From NCBI GenBank assembly GCA_964016885.1, contig OZ024741.1:283278001-283342000 (forward strand): a stretch of DNA of 64,000 nucleotides. Direction: 5' to 3'. Below, piece by piece: positions 54,192 to 64,000 of the stretch. Below the pieces are notes generated by a model, which saw nothing but the letters and a program-made list of their open reading frames with translations, searched no databases and was not told the DNA's origin. Every line of letters begins with the position of its first letter. Positions within the stretch are counted from its first letter, which is position 1. Origin of the DNA: Eledone cirrhosa (taxonomy: Eukaryota). The position numbers and the translations under genes are program-made.

Positions 54192-54231
<40 letters not shown>

Positions 54232-54241
54232 CATACATATA

Positions 54242-54296
<55 letters not shown>

Positions 54297-54495
54297 ATAC
54301 ATACATACATACATATATATACATATATATATACATATATATATATATACATACATATATATACATATATATATATACATACATATACATATATATACAT
54401 ACATATACATATAGATATAGATATATATGTATACATACATATACATATATAGATATATATATATACATACATATAGATAGATAGATATATATATG
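53335..54495. repeat. ~20-bp higher-order (TA)n(TACA)2 array
   Basis: Seen directly. Confidence 0.95.
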
Positions 54496-55217
54496 AGGAA
54501 AAAAAATCACAAAAATGAATATATATATAAAATGAGTATACATAAATAGAAAGACATTGGTTTTTCTGCAGGTCAGCTTCCATTTCTGGATGGAGAGAGA
54601 GAGAGAGAAAGAGGCAAAAAAAGAGAGATATGGATGTAATTGTGATCCCCGCTCTAAGACATCTTCTGAAGCTAACTCAGCACCGATTGAAGATTACATT
54701 ATAGCCAGCTGTCAACTATTCAAAAACGAAAATTTATTGCTATCTGTAATATAAATAGCTGATGCGAGCAATCAATAGAGATGGCAAATTTAGCATCTCT
54801 ACTATCCTGCCTCAACTATTAGCTAAGATTCTTGTTTAGCATAGATTTCTTGTGCTATCACTGCTGCTATCAATACTGGCTTCTTATTTAGGTACAAGGC
54901 CAGCAATGTTGAGGAGGTGAAGGGGTGAGTCAATTATACAGGCTCCAGTGCATTACAGGTACTTTATTTTATCACCCCAAAAAGGGATGAAAGGCAGAAT
55001 TGACCGTAGCAAGATTTGAACTCAGAATATTGAAAGTCTTAACTAAATACTGCAAAACATTTTCTCTAACACACTACTAATACTGCCAACCTACTGCGCA
55101 AAGTGGTTTCTTATTTAGGCACATGGCTAACAATTTGTGGGGTGAGGGGGAAAGTTGATTATACCAATGCCAGTACTTAACTGTTGCTTTGTTTTAATAA
55201 ATCATATCATAATAATA

Positions 55218-55541
55218 CAGCGGAACCTCGGTTCGCAAATGCCTCTCATCACAAACAAATCGGTTCATGAGCAAAGTTTCTGAACATAAAACATCTTGGG
55301 TGACGAATGTTATCTCAAGTAATAAACATGGAAGCTGACAACGATGGTTGGCAACAAGCTTGGAGTATCAGCAGCAAAGTGCCACTAGCTGTGCAATTAG
55401 TTACTTTGGTGATATCTGTCTGTCTTTCACACACAATCTCTCTCAACATTTCGTATGGAAAAAGTAGTTTTGATTTACAAACATTTCAGGCGATGAATGG
55501 CCTTCAGGAATGAATTAAGTTCATGAACCGAGGTTCCACTG
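55218..55541. mobile_element. Tigger/pogo-like MITE, copy 2
   Basis: TA|cagcggaacctcggttc...gaaccgaggttccactg|TA. Confidence 0.78.
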
Positions 55542-56267
55542 TAACTTCTAATTTAAGCACAAAGCCAACAATTTTGGAGGGAAAGTATAAGTTGATTATT
55601 CTGACCCCAAGATTTTGCTGGTACTTTATTTTATTGCACTCGGAACGATGATTGGAAAAGTTGACCTTGACGGGATTTAAACTAAGAACATAAAGAGCCA
55701 TAACTAAATGCCACAAAGCCTTTTGTTGTTTTGTTTTTTTGAGGAGAACAAAAAAGTCAATTATACCAAACCCTAGTTCTTTACTTATACTTTATTTTAA
55801 TAAATTATATCATAATATTGATTTCTAAATTAGACATAAACCAGCAATGTTTTGTGGTGGTAGTGAGGGGCGGGTGGGGTGGGGGGTGGGGTGGGGGGGT
55901 CAATTATATCAACTCCAGTACTTTACTGGTACTTTATTTTAATAAATTACATCATAATATTGATTTCTAATTTAGTCAGAAAGCTAGTAATGTTTTTGGA
56001 AAATTAAATCAGTCTTAGTACTTTACTGGTATTTTATTTAATTAACCCCAGAAGGATGAAAGGCAAAGTTGACCACGGCAGGATTTGAAACCAGAATGTA
56101 GAAGGTTATAATGAAATACTGCAGTTAATTCCTTCCAACACACTAACAATTCTTCCAATAACTCACCCTTCTTTGCGTTAATACTAATGATAACTAGCTG
56201 AAATTCTCAAGTGTTAAAGATCAACATGACATTTGAAATGTTTTATCTATAAGTTATATATATATAT

Positions 56268-58390
56268 ATCATCATCATCATTTTACATCCATTCTTCCAT
56301 GCTAGCATGGGTTAGACAAGTTGTCCTGTTGTGGGCAGTGTCCGGTCGGGTGACCATGCCTTGCTCATACGGGAACTGATTCTCACTTGATTTCTAAAGC
56401 TGGAAGCCCTCCCTAACACCAACCCCATTTACAGTGAGTGCTGGGTGCTTTTTTCCGTGGCGCCTACACGTCCACTTTACAGTGTGGGCTGGGTGTTTTT
56501 TTGCCATGGCACCTCCACGACCACTTTGCAGTGGGAGGGTGTGGGGGCTTATTGTCTATATGCTTCAGCTTCGGCTTGTACCTGTGGGGAGGGGGGGTCT
56601 TCTGTATTACTGTGTGATGTCAGAGGTCACGGTCATGTATCATCGCCTTTGAGAGGTGTAATTAGGTAAAGTCGGCTTTTATCACCTCATCCCAGGTCTT
56701 CTTGTGTAACCCCACTCGGCGGTTTCCATCGACTTCTAGTGCTCTGCACCTTTTTATGCAGCTGTCATCCTTCATACGCATCACATGTCCATACCAACGT
56801 AACCTCCTCTCCTGCACACAGCCTTTTATTCCTCTTATGCTCAGTCTCTCTCTCAATTCATTTATGATTTGCCGTTAGCGTATATTACTATTACACATCC
56901 ATCAGAGCATGCAGGCTTCATTTCTTTCTAATCTATGCAAGTCTTCCACAGACAGCGCCCAGGTCTCACTACTATGTAACATTGCTGTTCGTATACACGC
57001 ATCATACAGTCTGCCTTTCATTTTGAGGGAAAAGCCTTTTGCAACTAGCAGTGGCAGTAGCTCCCTGAACTTCTTCCATCCCGTTCTTACCCTAGTTATT
57101 GTACTTTCCGAACACCTACCTCCGCTGCTAATTCGGTTACCTAGGTAGCAGAAGCTGTCTACTGTTTCTACAGAGCCCTCCCAGAGTTTGGTGGTACTTG
57201 TTTCCTGTGGCTGTTTGCTGCTTGCTGTCCCAGCACAGCTGCTGCATGTGAAGCCTACATTCTTAATTAAGCTTCCTGAGATCCCGCTATATCTCTTGTG
57301 TACCCACTGTTTGCATTTGGGGCAGAGAATAGAGTTCCTACCTACATCTTTCCTACATACTGAGCAAGGCCATTTCCCTGAGGGGATCTGGGTTCTGTTT
57401 TCTCAATCTACTTAAAAGGACCTTAGTCTTTGTCATGTTGACTTTGAGACCCTTTCTTTCTAGTCCCTGCTTCCAAGTTTGGAATTTCTTCTCTAGTTCT
57501 ACCATAGATTCAGCTACAAGTGCGAGGTCATCTGCATACAGGAATTCTCATGGGCATCCGGTCTTAAACTCCTCCATTATTGCCTGCAGGACTATGATGA
57601 ACAGGAGGGGGCTAAGAACAGACCCTTGGTAGACACCGACTTGTACGCTAAATTCATCGCTATAGTCATTGCTAATCCTAACTTTGCTGACTGCTCCCCT
57701 ATACATGGCTTGTACAGCTTTCACAAGCCATTCATCTACTCCTAGTTTTCTAAGAGCCCACCAGATTATAGCATGGGGAACTCTGTCAAAGGCTTTCTTG
57801 AGATCGACGAATGCTAGGTAGCTAGGTACTTTTCCTGTAACTGCCTCACAAAGAAGAGGGCATCAGTGGTGCCTCTTCCTGGTACAAACCCAAATTGCAT
57901 CTCATCTAGTTTCACCTGGTCCCTAATCAACTGTGCTATAACTCTTTCTGTTACTTTCATGACCTGGTCCATCAGCTTTATACCTCTATAGTTTCCTCTA
58001 TCTAGTGCATCACCTTTACCTTTGTAGCAGTTGACAATGATGCTACTGCACCAATCCTTTGGTATGACACCTAGTATTACCTGGTTAACAATACGTGTGG
58101 TTATGGTGTGACCTACTGACTCAGATGCCTTCAGCATCTCAGCAGCTATACCCGATGGACCGGTTGCCTTCCCCGTCTTCATATCTTCGATTGTCTTACT
58201 TACTACACTGCTGCTGACTTGTACTGCTGGCCCTTCTATAGGGTCTACTTGTGGTAGGGTCTCTTCTCCCCATGCATTCTACTCATTTAGTAATCTATCA
58301 TAATGGCTCTTCCATGCATCTTTCTTCTCAGCACTTGTGCGGGCAAGCTCACTTTTATCATTCCGGATACACTTCTCTCCAATGACATAT
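56268..58390 (-). mobile_element. 5'-truncated RTE LINE copy
   Basis: MKTGKATGPSGI...QFGFVPGRGTTDALF, RLRWYGHVMRMKDD, long 3' UTR, CAT tail. Confidence 0.9.
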
Positions 58391-60919
58391 ATATCTTTCC
58401 TGATGATTTCCTTTGAATGAAACATTTCTAGTCATGTAGAAGGCATTTCTATATTAATTTTTTTATATAGTTATATATATATATACAACACAATATAATC
58501 ATCCAGTATATATTTAAAAAAACAAACATTTTTGGTATTGATGCTACCTCAACGACAGCTCTTTCTCCTCTTTCACACGCATACACTTCCGATCTCCTTT
58601 CCATGAAGACTTGTTACAGCATGGGATTAAAAATAAAAGTGTCAATGTCACTATTCTTGGGATTATGCTTAAATTAGGGTCTGTTATTATTATTATTATT
58701 TGTATATTTGCCACAAGGGCATGAATATGTTTTGGATGGCATAAGGACAAAATACAAACATACAATTGGAGGTAGGGAGATTAAATGTGATTGTGTAAAA
58801 ATAAAATAACAAAACAAAATGGATATAAAAAATTCAACAATGTAAAGGTCCCCAAAAGAGGGGACAGCTATATAGCTATATCAAGGATACCACTAAAGGC
58901 TTGAACCTTCTCTCAGCTATCATTTTCCAGCCTGTTCATAGTAGGCCCATTCACTTGAACCATGTTTGCAACATTAACGCCGCTTTCAACAAATTTATTG
59001 GTGAGTGGAGGCAACACTTCCCTCTCTACTATCATAACAACAATATTATAATGTAATTTGATGTCATTGTTAGAATTTCGGATTAAATGTGAATGAAATG
59101 CAATGTAGTGTCTTGCTACAGCCCACTACATTCTAGTTTCAAATTCTGTTGAAGTCAACTTTGCCTTTCATCCTCCAGGTTTGATAGAATAATTTACCAG
59201 TCAAATACTGGGGTTGATTTAATAAACTTTACACTTCCTCTAAATTTGCTGGCCTCATGCCTAAATTAGAAATCAATATTGTGATGTAATTTGAGGGCAG
59301 TGGATTGACAGAATTGTTAGAGTATCAGACGAAATGCTTTGCTGAATTTAGTTATGGCTCTTTATGTTCTGAGTTCAAATCTTACCTCAGTCAACTTCAC
59401 TTTTCTTCCCTCTGGGATTGATATAATAAAAATATCAGCCAATCCACTTCCACCACAAACACAAAAAATAACATGGTTATGTGACTAAATTAAAATCAAT
59501 ATTATGATGTAATTATATAAAATAAAGTACAAATAAAATACTGGGGTTGATGTAATTGACTTCTCTTCTTCCCCCACTGCAAAACATTGCTGGCCTTATG
59601 CCTATATCAGAAATCAATATTCTGATGTAATTCATAAGAAGTAGAAAGCTCAAAATAGTTGCGTACTAAGCATATTGCCTGTCAAAGATATTTATCTGTC
59701 TGACTCACTAGAACAGCCAACAGAACCAATTACAGCATAGGTAGATCCACTGTGACTCATTATCAGATTTATTGATGCTCAAAGGGGGTGGACATGGGAT
59801 GGACAGACTATTCTAACCTTTACAACTTACTCAAGGGAGCAAATGAAATAACTATGATGGGAATTATGTATATACACATCCATTTATACGTACACACACA
59901 CACTTATAAGTTATTTTATAGTAGTCATTTTCTGCATCAGAGCTTCCTACTAATCCAATCTATGCCCTTTTTATTCCTGTCGGAAGAACCACTCCCTGGT
60001 TGACCTCCACTGCTTTCTGTTTGGTTTACCCCTCCTATCTTATCAGTCCATCTATCCCAGTTTGTTGTGTTGCTATTGTTGTTCCTTTCTGTGTTCGTTT
60101 CTGTCACTCTTTCTGTTGTTGTTGTTATTGTTGTTGCTGTTTATGATACTAGGCCTTAAAGTGATTGTTATATATCTTTCTATTAATGAATAATTTATGA
60201 AAATAGCACAAACTGTGAAACAATCTACCAGTACATGGTCTACCAAGAGAGTTGTAAGATAATGGAATATTCATGATCATTTTCATTTAACCCTTTTCTT
60301 ACGGTATTTCTATTGAAAAACTGATTGTAACTTTCAAATAATTTTTAAAATAATCAATAATGTGGAGGGATTTAGTAATATAACTAACTTTCTCATTAAG
60401 TTAGATAGAATTATGATGGAAAGTTTTTATATACACGTTTTAAAATAAACAAGATTTGTAACATGGAACCAAGTGTGGTTTCAGGTGGTTTAGTATTAAA
60501 AAGGATTTGATCAAAGGCATTCCAACCATAACCCTCCTGTTATTTTATATATTAGACACTACATTATCCAATGTGTCCTACCTTTTTGTTAAGACATTTG
60601 GAGTGTGGTTTAAGGGAGGTCTGCCTGCTATTTCTAGCAGGTCAATCATCTGTGTAGAGGTTTTCTTGCTGGCTTGGCTGACCCTGCAGTTTTACAGATA
60701 GTGGAAGAGCATTATGTAAGAGCCTTTCAGAAAACCAGTAACCATCCACGTGAACTGGATTTTTGGCAATATACATAGTGAGAGCGCATGGCCCAGAGGT
60801 TAGGGTTTGGACTAATGATCATAAGATCATGGTTTCAATTTCTGAACTGGGTGGTGTATTGCATTTTTGAGCAAAGCACTTCTTTTGGTGTTGCTTTTCA
60901 TGATAGGCCTGGGGCTTCT

Positions 60920-61340
60920 ATCATTAAAATACCCAAGAAACTACCCATGTCATCCAACCGCACAGAGGTTTAGCTAAACCTACATAGGTATAGGCTGTAA
61001 CAACAACATGACTGGATGAAGGCCCTTATTAAAACACCGAAAAGACAACCTCTGTGTTGCAACCTTAGAGGGAGCCAGCTAAACCTACATAGGTGTGAGT
61101 TGTAACACCAACAACGGGATATGACTGGAGCCCATATCATTAAAATGCTCAAGAAACCTCCAATGAAACGCAAACTTGTAGGGGGCTAGTTAAACCTACA
61201 TAGATGTGAGCTTTAATAACATTGCAAAACAGGGACCCCTATCATTAAAACACTCAAGAAACCTCTTATAAGATACAAATTTGTAGCAGGTCAGCTAAAC
61301 CTACATAGGTGTGAGCTTTAACAACATAATAGGACTGGGG
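60920..61340. repeat. ~107-bp diverged tandem repeat, 4 copies
   Basis: Anchor g(c/t)taaacctacatag at ~60973, 61078, 61188 and 61294. Confidence 0.85.
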
Positions 61341-61606
61341 GGAAAATGTACAATGAGGGAAAGAATACTCAATATATGTAGTTGAGTTTATTTAGTCATC
61401 CGGAAGTGATGATTCATTCTGTCTCTGTTCCAAGTTTAACTTTGTGCATTAGTTCAGAAGAGAAGAACATGAAACTTCCCTCCCCATCCCATTATATCCA
61501 TCCATTCAGGGGCCCTTAACTCATATGGAGTCATAGGGTTGCTGTCTTGAACATTTAAACCTAGCAGAGTTTCTCCTTCTCCAGTTCTAAACACAGACGA
61601 TTTCTT

Positions 61607-61644
<38 letters not shown>

Positions 61645-62689
61645 TGAGGAAATTCAAAAGAGATACAGAGAAAGAATTGATTCCAATACAGAAATGGAAT
61701 GTTATTTATCAACCTTGAAAGGAAAAATAGGCATTGTTAACCTCAACAGGATTTGAAATCAGAATGCCAGAATGAATATCACAAGGCATTCAAGCCAAAG
61801 TTCTAAAGATTCTGGGAAGTCAACACCATTTCCATTGTATTGCCATGTTGTCGATGTTTTGCCTTTGTGACAAATACATAAACTATTATCATCATCATTA
61901 CCATCACCATCAATCATCATCCCAACTACCATCACCATCATCCTCACTACCATCAACATCATCATCACCACAACCACCACCATCATCACCATCATCACTA
62001 CCATTACCATCATCCCCACTATCACCGCAATAAACACCATCATCACCCCACTACCATCACCAGCATAATAGCATCATTGTCATTTTTTTAAAAAGTCATT
62101 TATTTTGCACTAAAAAGTAACAGAAAATATTACAATTCAATGAGTCCATATTGTTGTTATTAATTGAAAAAAAAAACAAAGTCATTTAGTTTTTGTTTGA
62201 AAGAAAATTTTAAAAGAGATTCAATGTGCCCATATCAAAAGTTTATATGATCATATTTAAAATGGCGGCAGTATGAATCAACAATTTTGCTTTTCATTTT
62301 TCTGTCTTTCACTCTGGTAAGTGTTAAAATAGAAGTCATTGTTATTTCATATTGACCAATGTATCCGGACCACAACTCACAGTGACATGTAAGCTATTAA
62401 CGTTCAATAATTTGCATACTTGAGGTGAGATTCGATTGAATAACAGGATTTTCTTTGTTAAGCAGAGGGCCAATACATTTAGTATTGTATGAAAGCAGAC
62501 GTTATCGATAACTACAGCCATATATACTGGAATACATATTCATGTCCTTACACCATTCAATTTGTGCTACATTTTCGATAGGCACAAGGCTCCTTTATTA
62601 TATATAAAAAAAAGGATACACTAGTCAACAAAATATCAATATGTATGTGCATCTATACATATATATATATATGTATATATTAGGATACA

Positions 62690-63025
62690 CATGCTTAGGT
62701 GGATGTGCAATCTAAGTGTGAGAAAAAGGCAGAGCTTGGATGAGTTAAGGGAAAAGCTGGGCTTAAGAAGAATCCAAGGTGGTGTGCAGGAGAGAAGATT
62801 CCATTGGTATGGACATGTGATGACCGCTGGGTGAAGAAGTGCCAGTGGAAGGAAGCCACAGTAGAGGTAGACCAAGAAAAACCTGGACAGAGATGGTGAG
62901 AGCTGTCCTCTAATTGCTGAGACTCACAGAGATGACGAAGGAACGTGGCCAATGGAGGAATGCCATGCTGAGAAGGACCCGTCCAACACATGCAAGCGTG
63001 GAAAAGTGACTATTAAAACAATGAT
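62690..63025 (+). mobile_element. RTE LINE 3' fragment (short-3'UTR subfamily)
   Basis: Matches the 3' ends of the 34330 and 49552 copies. Confidence 0.75.
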
Positions 63026-63044
63026 GTATGTATACATACATGTA

Positions 63045-63651
63045 TGTCAGGTCACCAGTTGGTGCTACTGGTAACATGTATCCCAGTACAACCCGTCTCA
63101 TGGTCGGGTCGTTGGCGACTAAACTGGCAATCCCACCAAGGTTTCTTGGTGAGGAGGGTGACTTTGGACATCCTGCAGCACTAAAAACAAAACCTGTCAA
63201 AGGGCAAAGGAGCTCTTAAGAGTCAATGGCGATCCAAAATCACCGGGAGAGATGACCCCTTAGCCTTTGTCAAGGCAGAATTCTAGGAGAAGGAAAACTC
63301 TGATATAACACCTGCAACCCTGATGGTATCCAATGATGACTTGTTCTTCTTTTTGGTAAATATCATCTTGGTTAAGAGAGTGGGACTGGCTTTGTGCAGT
63401 GCCTTTGCTCACTATAAAAGCTTAACCGCACAGGCATTGCTTTATATCTGGAGATCTCTCTGCACTTGTCGTCACATGGTACCTTGGGCCCAGCACTATG
63501 TGTCAATAATTGTCAGAAGTGTAGTGTTTGTACCACAGTTTTCAAGTCGCTGGCTGGACTAAAATGTCACACTCGTTCAGCGTATCGGTAGGGGTTCTCC
63601 TACATGGATTTAAAGTAGTGGCCGTACTTGAAAACGAGTTGGCAGCCACCA
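63045..63651 (+). mobile_element. Second copy of the ~610-bp non-autonomous element
   Basis: Reverse complement of 30031-30640 with scattered substitutions. Confidence 0.65.
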
Positions 63652-64000
63652 TGTATATATGCATGTATGTATATATGCATGTATGTATGTGTAGATATGT
63701 ACATGTATATATGATGCATATTATATATTGTTATACTTTAGGAGGGTCATGCTGCCAATATAAACACACACCCCAGTTGAGTTTCACTTCAGTCATATTT
63801 TTAGTCAGGTAATTAACCGTTTAGCATTTACATTACTCTATATTTACAATTGTATTTTCACAGTAAACACTTTATCTAATATAATTATCTCACATAATAT
63901 CGAATCTATGAGATTTTGATATTATATATTTTGAGAATAATACCCTAACATCAGTATGAGTGGCCAGTTTGAACAGAAAGAAGTGAGAGAATTCTGGCCA

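Noticed and set aside
53274-54583. 370-416 aa ORFs on both strands (also 15059-16157, 27286-28204, 30654-31786)
   Set aside because: Pure translations of TA/TACA microsatellites, which lack stop codons; no protein signal.
63045-63170. HDV-like or twister ribozyme at the element head
   Set aside because: The apparent P1 pairing is not conserved in the 3010 copy and the required core motifs are absent; kept only as an unclassified structure.

Overview
AT-rich, microsatellite- and transposon-dense eukaryotic DNA. The repeat landscape (RTE LINEs with TGA tails, (TA/TACA)n arrays, tRNA-SINEs) suggests an octopus/cephalopod genome; this is inference. One host gene is supported: a minus-strand two-pore-domain (K2P/TWiK-family) potassium channel, reconstructed as complement(join(22707..23287,38125..38598,40090..40498)), 487 aa, with GT-AG phase-1 introns, P1 filter TTIGYG and P2 filter STIGLG. 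The rest is mobile DNA: about 10 decayed RTE-clade LINE copies whose reverse transcriptase carries an inserted C4HC3 PHD-like finger, an R4/Dong-like RLE retroelement, a Penelope-like (GIY-YIG) remnant, a Gypsy integrase scrap, Tc1/mariner/pogo MITEs and SINEs. The least obvious signal is a set of type I hammerhead ribozymes: one canonical core, one with a compensatory U3-A8 core, and several decayed copies. Most sit in outward-facing foldback elements typical of Penelope-like pseudo-LTRs. The long YIYI-type ORFs in the track are microsatellite artefacts.
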